NCBI GenBank assembly: GCA_004764695.1
Contig: SMSO01000037.1
Span: 3,200,747-3,264,746 of the forward strand
DNA length: 64,000 nt
Source: Schizochytrium sp. TIO01
Lineage: Eukaryota > Protista > Bigyra: Labyrinthulomycetes
Direction of reading: 5' to 3'
The notes beneath the pieces were generated by a model that was given only the letters and a program-made list of their open reading frames with translations, had not been told where the DNA came from and did not search any database. This document shows positions 21,154 to 32,983 of this stretch, piece by piece. The position numbers and the translations under genes were made by a program. Positions within the stretch are counted from its first letter, which is position 1. Every line of letters begins with the position of its first letter.

Positions 21154-23361
21154 ATGGATCGACAACGCGATCTGGCGGCGCTCATCGCCTCTTTCGTGGG
21201 AACACCCCAGCAAGCTAAAGTGCCAGAACGTGTTGAAAAGCAGAACATCCAACCTGATGAGGTAGGAGAGCTCACTCACCCGAGCCCAGGCTCTATTACT
21301 GTTCGTGAGCGACTGAAAGAGACAGACTCAAAACAGGAAAGTCTAGTTTCGTATGATGACGTCCCAAACGACCGAGTATTACGCGTGCTCTGCTTCTCTA
21401 AAGACAGAGTGTTTCAGCTAGCAGAGTATCTACGTACACTACATATCTTTGCACGAGGACAAACAAAACTTGAGGTTCATATCTTGTGGACTGCTTCGAC
21501 CGAGGAAATTGCAGGTCTATATGAATCAAAGTTAACCTTGGAGTATCCATGGGTAAACTTTCGCCGTGAGAAGGACTTTTCCACTGATGTTTGGGATATT
21601 GTTTCTACTCCTGGTGCAGAAGCTATACTTTTTGGCGTCGACGACGCAGTTTTTATTCGACCTCTCGACATCGACGTGGCCCTCGCAGCCCTACGCGAGG
21701 ACTCCCGGGTGGCTGTGTTTCACATCAAACTTGCAAGAGGGATGAACTTTTGCCACCCTGCTGGAAGGAACATGAAGCCACCACCAGATGAAACCTTTCA
21801 TACTATGGAGTGCGGGTCAGTGTGGTCGTTTCCTCTTGGGTTAGGAACATATGATTGGAGTTATCCATGGGATTTATGCGGTTCGCTGTATCGTGTGGAT
21901 GACGCTAAACGCATGCTGTATGAACTCACACCTGCTGAACGGGGCCATCCAAACCTACTTGAAATGAACGGTGCAAAGCGAGTGTCCACATTTTTTGGGT
22001 TCTCTCGCCGCGCTGCTTGTTATCAAGGTCCTCAGGTCATGGCCGTTGTTACTGTGAACAGGGTTCAAGATCACTATGAGAATGCTGTTTACCATAATGC
22101 AGAAACATGCAACTCAAGTTCAAGTGGCTCTGAAAAAGAGTCAAGGAATGAGAATATTGATCTTAACCCATTTTACGGAACACACCAATTTGACCTTACT
22201 GCCTTTCAATCAGAGGTTTTCGACCGAGTGCATATTGGGAAATATAAATTACTTCAACGTCATGATGTAAGCGTTATTCTACCCTTTCGCAATTCAGCTG
22301 CCTGTATTGCAGGTGCGCTTGAGAGTATATACGACCAAGACATTATGGACGATGGGCCAAATGTTGTGGAACTTATTCTCGTGAATGATGGATCAACCGA
22401 CGCAAGCCTCGATGCTGTCCGCAATTTCTGGAAAGGGCGATCTACAACCCGTCTTCCGTGGAGACTCATCAATGCTGTCGCTTCTCCAAACGAAATTAAT
22501 CAAGAGTCTTGCGGTGTTGCGTGTGCGTTAAACGCAGGGATTGCTGCTGCAACTGGAAACATTATTTTTCGTATGGATGCAGACGATGTATCAAGCCTAG
22601 AACGGATTCGCAAGCAACTAGAAGTACTTCAAACTCGTCAGGACCTTGGTGTACTTGGGACCGGAGCTTGTAAGGTACGAGGCTTTTCTCCGCTGACGAA
22701 TTTCAATGATATTCGTTCTGAGAACCTGGTTACCACATTTGTCGGTGAGGATTTCGTCAACTGGAAGATGTATTTTTCATGTGTGCTTGTCCATCCAACA
22801 GTTGCGTTGCGTCGTAGTGTGGCCTTACATATGCGTGGCTATCGTGATGGACACCCCGCAGAAGACTATGACCTGTGGTTGCGGTGCTTAGCAGCTGGGT
22901 ATAAGATTGACAATATTCCAGATATTCTTCTTGGTCTTAAGATTTCTGGCACAAGCGTCACTGGAAAACGCACGATAGAAGAGAGTCGAGCAGTGCAAAC
23001 TAGGACATCTCGCGATGCGTGGGTTCGCGCAGGCCTGGTTCCAGCAAGTGTATCGAAATCAAGCATGCAAGCATTATTGTTTGGCGAATCTCAAGGTAAC
23101 ATGGAAGATACAGCATTATTAATTCAGGCCCTCCAAGGACTTGAACAGCAAATTATTGCAGGGGGGGGTCATGAAGCGGAGGGGAGCGGCAAGCCCGATC
23201 CGCAGTACTCTGCAATTAAGCAGGAGGTTGACGACCGGATCCGAGTGCTCGCTATGATGTCCCAGGACGAGACTTTATGGTCGCAATTGAAAACCAAGCG
23301 CAGTATTGATCGACTCGAGGCATTTCGACAGCTTACGGATCACAAAAATCGCTCGAGATAA
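21154..23361 (+). CDS. pgtA: PgtA-like cytosolic bifunctional glycosyltransferase (GT74 alpha-1,2-FucT-like N-domain plus GT2 beta-1,3-GalT-like C-domain)
   Basis: N-domain CFSKDRVFQLAEYLRT, FGVDD, DWSYPWDLCGSLYR, HPNLLEMNG, VVTVNRVQD, VHIG. C-domain VSVILPF, LILVNDGSTD, RMDADD, HPTV, EDYDLWLR. No signal peptide or TM; first in-frame ATG at 21154. Confidence 0.85.
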   Translation: MDRQRDLAALIASFVGTPQQAKVPERVEKQNIQPDEVGELTHPSPGSITVRERLKETDSKQESLVSYDDVPNDRVLRVLCFSKDRVFQLAEYLRTLHIFARGQTKLEVHILWTASTEEIAGLYESKLTLEYPWVNFRREKDFSTDVWDIVSTPGAEAILFGVDDAVFIRPLDIDVALAALREDSRVAVFHIKLARGMNFCHPAGRNMKPPPDETFHTMECGSVWSFPLGLGTYDWSYPWDLCGSLYRVDDAKRMLYELTPAERGHPNLLEMNGAKRVSTFFGFSRRAACYQGPQVMAVVTVNRVQDHYENAVYHNAETCNSSSSGSEKESRNENIDLNPFYGTHQFDLTAFQSEVFDRVHIGKYKLLQRHDVSVILPFRNSAACIAGALESIYDQDIMDDGPNVVELILVNDGSTDASLDAVRNFWKGRSTTRLPWRLINAVASPNEINQESCGVACALNAGIAAATGNIIFRMDADDVSSLERIRKQLEVLQTRQDLGVLGTGACKVRGFSPLTNFNDIRSENLVTTFVGEDFVNWKMYFSCVLVHPTVALRRSVALHMRGYRDGHPAEDYDLWLRCLAAGYKIDNIPDILLGLKISGTSVTGKRTIEESRAVQTRTSRDAWVRAGLVPASVSKSSMQALLFGESQGNMEDTALLIQALQGLEQQIIAGGGHEAEGSGKPDPQYSAIKQEVDDRIRVLAMMSQDETLWSQLKTKRSIDRLEAFRQLTDHKNRSR

Positions 23362-23957
23362 GCATTCTCGAGCCGCCTGAGAATGATTGCAATTTTGTTA
23401 TCTCCGTGAGTATCAAGTGGTTCTGTGAGGTGAAGAGTGACCATACCGTTGGCATTGCCAAAGACAGTATCTGTGAGCAGGCGGTCTCCAACCATGAGAA
23501 TGGAGCTGGGCCGAAAGCTGAGGTTATCGCTGCGATTCTCAATACGGTAGAAGTTGAAGTGGTTCATGACTTCGTCGAGACAAGCCGGTTTCTTTTCACG
23601 GTGCGGAATCACACGAATTCCAGTCGCAGTCTCCACGGCTTCCTTCCATTCAAAGTTTTTATCGTCTGGAGTTCCTGCAGAGTTGGACAGGATTGCGATG
23701 CGGTCTTTTCCAAAGAGCTCAATGCACTCCACAAGCGACTGTTCTACATGCTTATGCAAGTGATCTTTGTAGGGAGCTGTGAGCGTATTGTCCTTGTCAA
23801 AAACCACATGAGTCACCTGCGGAAATCGCTCCTGCACCATTTTCCAATCAACCTCCGCCATTGTACGCGCCACCAAATTTGGTCTTAGTAACGAAGGCTC
23901 CAGAGGCACCCTGAAGAGCGTCATACGAATCGCCGGCCAGTTCAAGCTTTGGACCAT
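23340..23957 (-). CDS. GEP4: Phosphatidylglycerophosphatase GEP4-like (HAD subfamily IIIA)
   Basis: VVFDKDNTLTAPY, ILSNSAG, HREKKP and MVGDRLLTD motifs. Confidence 0.88.
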   Translation of the reverse strand: MVQSLNWPAIRMTLFRVPLEPSLLRPNLVARTMAEVDWKMVQERFPQVTHVVFDKDNTLTAPYKDHLHKHVEQSLVECIELFGKDRIAILSNSAGTPDDKNFEWKEAVETATGIRVIPHREKKPACLDEVMNHFNFYRIENRSDNLSFRPSSILMVGDRLLTDTVFGNANGMVTLHLTEPLDTHGDNKIAIILRRLENAYLERFL

Positions 23958-25385
23958 CTTGCTTCGTAGATCTCAGCAGAATCTTCTACGAGAGGGGTGA
24001 GTTCCTCTTGCCGGCTTTGGCCTGTCAGCCCTACCCAGAGTCCAAAGATGGAGGTACCTATCACTGCAAGCAATCGCGAGCAGAGCAAAGTAATGATTGA
24101 TTACTACTGGTTTCATTCACTTTGTTTGCATCATTCATCTTCTCATTAACATCATCTGCACTATTGGCCGAAGGATCTTCCATCCATAACTAAGAGTAGT
24201 CTTACTAGCTATGGCACCGCAATTCGCAGCTCTTTCGCTGTTGTTATTTCCGGTTATATTTCCCTCAAAACTAATGACTGGAGCCTCCCTCAGGGAAACT
24301 TTCTTTCAACAAGGGCGAGTGGACAGCTGGTCTCAACGTGGAGTTTGATAGTATCCACCAGAAAGGTTCACTGTCCTAAAAAAATCACTACCAGTACCAC
24401 GCTGCTTTCATCCCCTTCACCACTCGTCCACACACACACCAAACTAATTAAATGTGCTCGATATCGCTGTCATCAAGTTGGCGATGATGAAGGTATCGAT
24501 CGCAAAACGTGCTGTCCGCAAGGCTCATCCAGACCATTGTACTATGAACCTTCGCATTTCATGTATTTCTATGGCAACTTTCCATCAAGAAGCGTCCGAC
24601 TTGAAAGTCATTCGCAGAACTCACTCAAATTGCACATCGTGATTACTAACTCAATCTCGAAGACCATGGCAGCAGATCTGTAGTACTCTAACTCTGCATT
24701 TCACGTTCATCATTCTTGATGTTGACACACTATCCCCTTAACTTAAAATTAAGGCCGCTTTTATGAATTGCGCAGTCTAGGGTTCGCCGTCGACCAAAAG
24801 TACAAAATGCGTTCTGCAGATTATGCGTTCCGCAGCCGGGTCCCTGTAGTTCCGCACCTCTTTTCCTCCTATCAAGCATAGCTTACTTTCTACTACCTTA
24901 ATCTTTTTATAAAATACATTGGAAGAAAATGTTTCTTCGTAGTCTACAGTAGTACGTACTACTGGTTTTTTATTTTATTTTAAGATTCAAAATAAAACAA
25001 AATAAAACAAAAAATGATTAGGAGGTTCTATTACCTTGCTAACCTAAATTTTTCTTTGCTCTCCTCTCTTTTTGAGCTTGACTATTGATGGTTAGGTAGC
25101 TGCCTAGATAGTATAAAACCTAGGAGTGGCCGAGGAATGATCTACTCTGATTCCTTCGTCGAAGATCAAGTGTGATCAGTCAAATTTAAAGCATCGAGGA
25201 TGAGAGCTTGAAAGTTGTGGTTAAAACCGCCGGCCAACAAATCCTTAAAAACGTGTCGGGGATCCACGACGACAGGTTATCTGGCACTTCGCGAACCTGG
25301 TGTTGAAAACCTCGCGAGCGACGGCTGAGTGCGTGGAGGGTTGGACAACGGTGGTTGCTTGCAACTTGGTTGGGCAATTGACGCA

Positions 25386-27407
25386 ATGACGACAGCGACT
25401 GCAACGAAGAATGCTGATGCTACGGAGAACGTACGTCAAATTGCACATGCAAGGCGAAGAAAAGGAACCGTGACGGCTACTTCACAAAATAATAATGCCA
25501 ACTCAAGGGGGAATACATTTGCAGGCGTAGTTATCAGCGCCACGCAAGTTGACTCAGCTCAGAGAGCCAGGCTCGAGGAGGTGGTTAGGCTGATGGGCGG
25601 CGAGCTCTCAGGAAGCTTCGACAGGTCCATGTCTGCTCTTATTGCAGGTGGAGTGGGATCTGAAAAGTAAGTTGAAAGGATGAATCTGGATTTCAGAGGA
25701 ATTATGACAGTCATCAGTATGACTCGGATTTGAATGTTTTGGTCATGGACGACAAATGAACGGCCGTTCCTATTCATTGCTCGGCAAGCTACATGTCAGC
25801 ACGAGCCTCCCAGACTTAGTGAAGCTGGCGAAGAAAGCGAATGTGCGATCTTGCTGAAGTTTACATATTCCCGAACATGAGGATAGAAGTTAAGGCAAAG
25901 CGTTGTATGTAGAATGTAGGTTCTGAATTTAAGAGACTCACGCGATAGACACTTTGTGTAATTTGGCTATTTGAAACATAGATATCTGGCTGCAAAACGG
26001 TGGCAAGTACCTGTTGTGGAGCCTGCGTGGGTAGAAGCTTGTTTTCGGGCTCGTCAGTTAGTGGATGTATCAAAATATGAAATTGGTCCATTCTATAAGC
26101 TTCGCTTTTCTGTTACCGGATGGAATGATGCCCTTGAGGTCAAAAATGAGATCGTCGACCTTATTTGTGCTAACGGTGGTCAATACGCCGCTTCCATGCG
26201 GCCAGAATCCACGACCCACCTAGTTGCAGAATCCTTCGTAGGACCGAAGTGTGAGGCCACATTGACGTATACACATATTGACGTCGTGTCCGGCGATTGG
26301 ATTCGTGCCTGTGCTGAAGCCGGTGCCTTTATACCTGTGGACGACACCTATCGTGTTCGTTCAGAAGTAATTGAAGATCGCCGTGCCCAACATCGTCGTG
26401 AAAAAGCTGCAATGCGCAAGAAGCGTGAGCGCGAGCTTAAAGAAGAACAAGAACGTGAAGAGGCACGCAAAGTCGCACTAGAGGCTCTCATGGAGGCCGA
26501 GCGCTCGACGCTTGATAAGTCCCAACGAGAGGACACCCAGCTTACATTGCTCTCCCACTTCACTGTCTTTTTGCATGGGTTTGACCCAAAGCGTTGGCGT
26601 ACTGTGCAATCTCTTGTCTCTCGTACTGGTGCGACAGTGCTTTGGGAATGGAATCCGACAGCTACCCATGTGCTTGTTGGGGATCGACCAAACCCTGATT
26701 ATTTAGAGATGTTGAAAAAACTTCAGCCCGAATTAGAGGAAACTACAACACGCGAAATGATGGCATGTCTAGTGGATAACACAGTTCCCCGTCGTAAACG
26801 TCGGCGTATGGGCGGAGACGATACAAAGACTCACGATGAAAATAGCTCTGAGGAGGCAAATCAAATGCATGCAAAGGACAGTTTTAAACCGAATGAAACA
26901 ACAACTGACCCTTCAGGATCAGCCATAGCAGGTAGTGGCGTTCCGGGTTCTTCATCTGGCATGCCGAAAACATCTCGCCCAGGCACAGACCTTCCACCGT
27001 TAGCGCCACCAACATCATCTAAACACGGCAACCAGCCCGTGCGACCTGAAGACTTGCACGCATCTTCGCGTGCACCAACAAGATTGCGGCCCAAAAAGGT
27101 GCTTTCTTTCGATTATTCGAAGGCACTAATTTGTGTCAGTCGTTACGTCGGTTCCGAACGTCAGCGAGTGGAAGTTTTGGCAAAGCAACTTGGTGGTCGA
27201 TTCACAGATCGCCTGACACGGCGAAACCCTGCAGTGACACTTCTTATTTCCCTTGACCTTGTTGGACCCAAATGTATCAAAGCTCGCGAATGGGGAATTC
27301 CCATTTACTCTCTCGAATGGTTAGAGGGCGAAGCTAGAACGAAAGCAGAGCAGGATAATGCTCAATCTTTTTCTGTAACATCAACGTCAAATAACAACAG
27401 CAAGTGA
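25386..27407 (+). CDS. Multi-BRCT scaffold protein, Rad4/Cut5/Dpb11/TopBP1-like; exons 25386-25666 and 25982-27407
   Basis: Intron GTAAGT 25667..CATAG 25981 restores BRCT1 (GGVGSEK|YLAAKRWQVPVVEPAWV); further BRCTs start at FYKLRFSVTG, LLSHFTVFLHG and YSKALICVS. Start codon is a best guess. Confidence 0.85.
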
Positions 27408-28208
27408 GGAAGCTCGACCTCCACCCTTCGAAACTAATTATTCCTGTGCTATTCTTATAACTCCTGTTATATACCCACTAGAGAAATTTTGGGGAAATAT
27501 AAAAGAATTATTATTGTACTCTTGAATCCTATCCCAACCACAACAGATAGGTATTTGTGAAGCAAGTTTAAATTTATATTCGCACTACAACAACCAAGAT
27601 TTATATATGTTCTCTGTGGGAAACGATCACTATCATCAAATAATCTACTAGTGCCACCATATTTGATCTTCTCCTTCTTCATAAAGTAGTTTTAATTTTA
27701 AAAAAGAACAAACATTATGTTCCAATAATTATTATTACAACTCCAAAACATGATTACAAATGTGAATCTGAAGATCAGAGTATACAAAGCCTGTGCTTTC
27801 TCAATCCATTGTCGCAACTGATGCATTGTCTCCACAAGTCACACCACATCAGCAGCAGCTGCTCTCGAACAAAAAGTGAAGTTCCGCTGTTCATTTAGTT
27901 CGGCTTGCGTACATTCTTTTCATGTAACTTTTTCAATGTTTTCTCCATACAAATTATACTGACAAAAGTAATTTTATTTAATCATATTTTATTTTGTCGC
28001 ACCCTCGTTTGGGATGAAAGATTTCCAACAAACTTATGAGAGACATTCACACGTGGTGAACAAGATCGACAACGCTGTGCGGCAGCCTCTCCCGGTATAG
28101 TTACATGGCTGTATTAAGTCAGACAATATCAGAACTCTTCTTCTCCCCCTTTTTTGTTGTTGGTCAAAGGAGAGTGTAGTGGACGGAAGAACGTTGGCCG
28201 CCATCGCC

Positions 28209-30743
28209 ATGACGAGGATAAGGACAAGGACGAGGACGTGCTGCTGCACACAAAGGAATCGGGCGTCTCCGTCTTTAGAGAAATGGCTTAGGCTGGTCGT
28301 CATTTGTGGCATGTGGAGTTCTTGGTTGTCGAGCACTCGATGGTTTGTGAGAAGCGAAGAATGCAAAGTTAAGAATAATACAAGTGCAGAAAACGGTTTC
28401 CCCCAAATTGTAGAGAATTTTGTCGATATCCACCGTGGCGTTTTGCCCATTGGAAGAGCACTTAGTCGAGGGAATGTTTTGCCAATCATGTCTACTGCGC
28501 GAGGGACGGCACACTGGGTGGTGACAACTACCAAAGACTTGAAGGAGAGATGGTTTCACGACCCATATCAAGTGACGTTTTACGGGCTTCGCCTGACCCA
28601 CCAACCTTCGCCATGGATTGGAGACTATGGACAATTTATTATAGCTCCAGAAGTGGACGGCTTGGGAAACTCAATCTACAGTCTACAAAAGAGTCTTTAT
28701 AAACCACATCTCTTCAAGGGTAAACTTCTTAATTATTGCAGCAGACATGGATGCACCGAAGTTAGATTTGCGCCAAGCCAATCAGGAGGTATTATGGAGA
28801 CGTATTTTCCACCAGACCTGTTAGGAACACGAAAGATAGCTCTGGTTCTCAAGGACGGAGAAATTAATATGTAAGTTCTAGTATGAACAAAGCATGCCTA
28901 GAATATTCCCAGGTAATTTACCATTCGATCTTACAGAAACTGACTGTTGTTTCGAGTTCACAGATTTAAAGATGAAAAGACTAATCGGTTTTATATAGAA
29001 GGCTTTTCATCATCATACAACAAGGGCGTTGTTGATAAAGAGTCCCGCATCACACGAGATGGTCTTCAAGTAAAGTCTCGCTATCGAACATACTTCAGTG
29101 CCAGTCTTGATGTATCAGATATCCCAGATGCTTTTGATTTTGAAGGTGAAGGAATGTGCAACGCGGATAATTGTTTTGCCATAATTTCATGGTCTCCTAG
29201 TGACTCCAATCAAGCACAAACCGCAACATTACGTATCAGTACATCATTTATCAGCGTCGAGCAAGCGCGTATAAATAATGAGCGTGAGCTCAATCGATTT
29301 GAAGGTGTAAATGCTCTTGCTAATTATGCAGCGAAGAGCTGGAATAAACTTCTCTCTCGCATCGATATAGAAGTTGAACAAAATACAATGCCTAATTACA
29401 ACTCAATTGTTGAGCAAAAGACTCAGTTCTACACCTGCTTGTATCGAGCATTATTGTTTCCGAGAGTTATTCGGGAGATTCAAGTAGATGGCAAGGAGGT
29501 TCACATGTCACCATATACCAGTCCAGCTATGGTAAGGCCTGGGCCTGTTAGCACAGATAGTGGCTTTTGGGATGCATATCGTACAGTCTACCCCTTCTTG
29601 CACCTCGTTTATCCGGATCTTGTTCGAGATGTTTTACGTGGCTGGGTCAATGCATATCGAGATTTAGGTCGTGTGCCGCAATGGCCAAGTCCTGGACCAC
29701 GGATAGAGATGGTCTCAACGATGAGTGATATAAGCTTTGCTGAGGGTATTGTCAATGGAGCGTTTGATGAGGAGGATGCCCGTGTTGCTTTCGAGGCAAT
29801 CATTCGTAATGCATATCACTACGATAGAGGCTCAGAATCTCGGGGCGAGCATCTTCGCAGATTTGCGGATTTGGGATTTATACCTGGAAGAGTATCAGAA
29901 ACACTGAATATGGCTCTGTGTGATTATGCAATCGCCCAAGCTGCGCACGTTTTTGGAAAGCAAGACATTGCAGCTGATCTTCAATTGCGTTCAGGCTTTT
30001 GGAAAAACTTGTTTGATCAAAATACTGGATTCTTCCGACCAAAACATGCAAACGGCTCATTTTATGAATCTTTCAACGAGTTTGAATGGCTAGGAGCCTA
30101 TATTGAAGGCGGACCATGGCAGTACCGTTTCGCCGTGCCCCACGATGCTGCCAAATTGGCTCAAGCGTACGGTGGTCCAAATGCAATGTGCGCAAAACTC
30201 CAGGAAACTGTCAAAGGCATTTCTACGTTTTATCTTCCAGACGTTGTTCATGAGGCTACAGAGATGGGAGCGCATTGTTTTGGACAGTATGCTCATAACA
30301 ACCAGCCAACGCATCACATTCTGTACATGTTTGCTCATGCAGGCCCAACATGTGCGTTAGAGGGGCAGGAATGGATTCAATTCGTCCTTCAAACGTTGTA
30401 TGGTACCTTTGGATACGCAGGCGATGAAGATAATGGAGAAATGTCAAGTTGGTATTTACTTTCTAGTATCGGTTTGTATGCTCTTGTTCCAGGCTCTGGC
30501 AAATACCAAGTCGGAGCTCCACCACTGTTTAAAAAAATTACTATTAACCGTCCCTATAACCTAGGTGGAACTCTGACCATATCAAGGTCTTCAGGGCTCC
30601 CGGTTCATAATAGCACGGGGACTCCCCAGTATATAGCACCAAGTGTGCGATGGCGCGAGCAAAATTATTCACTTCAAGATGGACCCGTGAATCTTCCCTA
30701 TCAAGAATTACTCAAGGGAGGTGAATTGATGTTTTATGTTTAA
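28209..30743 (+). CDS. GH92 alpha-1,2-mannosidase; exons 28209-28870 and 28964-30743
   Basis: THQPSPWIGDYG, FYTCLYRALLFP, DSGFWDAYRT, YIEGGPWQY, GQYAHNNQP, GDEDNGEMSSWY. Intron GTAAGT 28871..CACAG 28963 keeps the frame. Start uncertain. Confidence 0.92.
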
Positions 30744-32983
30744 ATAGTGTTTTATTTTTACAACTTATACAATTTTAGGCCTAATCAGAATTCATAATGA
30801 GTTATCAAATAGAGAAAGTATCATTTTCACCCAACCCTTTCTCGGTCTCGGTCGATGCTACAGTCGCTTTTATAGGTCTTTCTTTCTCTCCTTCATAACA
30901 TTCGTCATGGTAGCCTCGCATCGTCGTATACGCTTCTTAAATAACTGGTATAAATTTCCTTTATGCAAAATTTACAGAACTGTCAGACGAAAATTCAACA
31001 AAAGAAAATTGGGCAAGCCCTCATTATTGTTTGCTCCTTGCGCTTAGCAAGCAGAGAATATATTTACTTCAAAGAGGAAGATGTCGGCGTACTACATCTT
31101 ATCTTTACGTCGAGGAGATTGTCGGTTAACCTTAATTTCAGGTATCCAATCTCCAAGCGTACGTTCAAATACTAAAATGGAGGACTTTGTTCTTAAATCA
31201 TCATTTATTCACACTCGCAAAGATCAGATCAACTTGGGCCATGTTTTATTTGAGGATTTCCAAGAGAAGGAAACTCTTTCAAATAAAGTGTGCTCATAGC
31301 TCTAATTTGTAAGATTGGGACTTTTTCCTTGCGTCTGGGTACTTGTTTTGTATGGCCGTTTACTTCGGTGAGAATGAACTGACCCTTAAATATACTTTGT
31401 GAAAACAAGATAATGGCGAAGAATGGTTCTTGTGTCCATCGGAATTCAGACGAAGAGAAGACGATACAAAAGAGTGCGCGAATGTGTATTCTTGTGTCAA
31501 TCGGAATTCAGACAAAGAGAAGCAACAACGGCACTCTGGCTCCCTTCCCCGCCTTGCGTGCTGGTTGATAATGCGGATTGACCCCTGCGAGCTTTTGGAT
31601 ATCATTGTTTACCAACCTTCAGGAGAAGCATCTCTAGAAAAGGAAGCATCGAAAAATATCCTCGTCAGGAGTATCTTGATCATAGAGATCGCGCCTTGTC
31701 TCATTCTCACAGTCGCCAACTTTATTTTTGTATTTTGTGTCTTTATTTTATTTCAGTGAATAACCGCTAGGATTTTTTGGATTTTTTTAAAATCACTCTT
31801 TTTCTGTCTTGTCGTGGTAGCGTTCAACAATCAATTCTGACTTCTCGTCATTCCTTTCATACATTTCTTGTTGTTTATGATTGTCATCCGCGTTCCCTTT
31901 AGTGTCTCCTACTCATAGTTCCGCTTTGGGAGGTTCTTTACTATCATGATTGACGCTTTTGTGTTAAAGTGTTTATCCAAATGAAAAGTTTTAAAGTTGT
32001 CCCCTATGACTTGTGAGAGTGTTGCATGTTGGTTCATGCTTTTTGGTACCTTATAGGCACTAGAGACATCCAGAGCCCCATTTTTCACATGACCTTTAAG
32101 ATTTCTTTCTACTTTTCTTCTTTCTTCGAGCTAGGCGTCTCCCAAAGATAGATTGCTGCTAATTATCGTCGAGCCAAAATTTATTTTAATGTCTTAGGAA
32201 AAAGTAATGACCGTTTCTCATAATTACTGTGTTGTCAAGAAAACAAATTACTTTTCTTTTCCTTACGGAGAATACAAGTACAGGCAGGAGCTGTTCCACA
32301 ATTAGTTTGTACTTCGCGGTGGAGCCAGTTCACAAACCAGCCCTGAGCAAAGGTGAGAGGTAGTAACATATATGTCCCACTTCAAGCCGAATTCGCTACC
32401 TCTCAACGATCTCGTTGAATCTCTTTCTTTATTCCAATTTATCTTTGTATCGAAATAGAATTGAAAAGTATATAATCTTTCAAACAGCATGAAACTTAGT
32501 TACGAGTTTGCAATAGCTTACGACTGGAACAACGTAATTCTCTTACATAGGTATAGACTTAAACAGGGATACACAGGTTTATCCTTCTGTCGCGAACTGC
32601 TTGTGTATCGGATGGCCACATTGAGCAATCGCAGGCAACAAACAGTTCCTGAAGCAGCAAATCCAAAATTGACGAGACAACTGGGGCTGAGTACCTTCCT
32701 TGACCCAAGAAACCCAGGAAATCTAAACAAATTCATTTTCGTTGCTGCGTGGTGAAGGGCTTAGAGCAAGGACATCTTCAATAGGTAGGAAATTATCATT
32801 ATAATTGTGCAAGATATTTGAAGCATTCGACATTTGAAGCAATTCAAACGCGACAATATTAGCCTGACTAAAGACTATAGGTGAGCAAACGCATTTTCAT
32901 AGACAAAGCCTACTCGTCAGAAACAAGACAAAGGCCAACGCTGTGCTTTTAAACAAAAGATCTGTTTTGACCACGACACCAAA

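Noticed and set aside
25162-25173. AAGATCAAGTGT match to U2 snRNA
   Set aside because: Only 12 nt match; the GTAGTA branch-pairing sequence, 5' stem and Sm site are absent.
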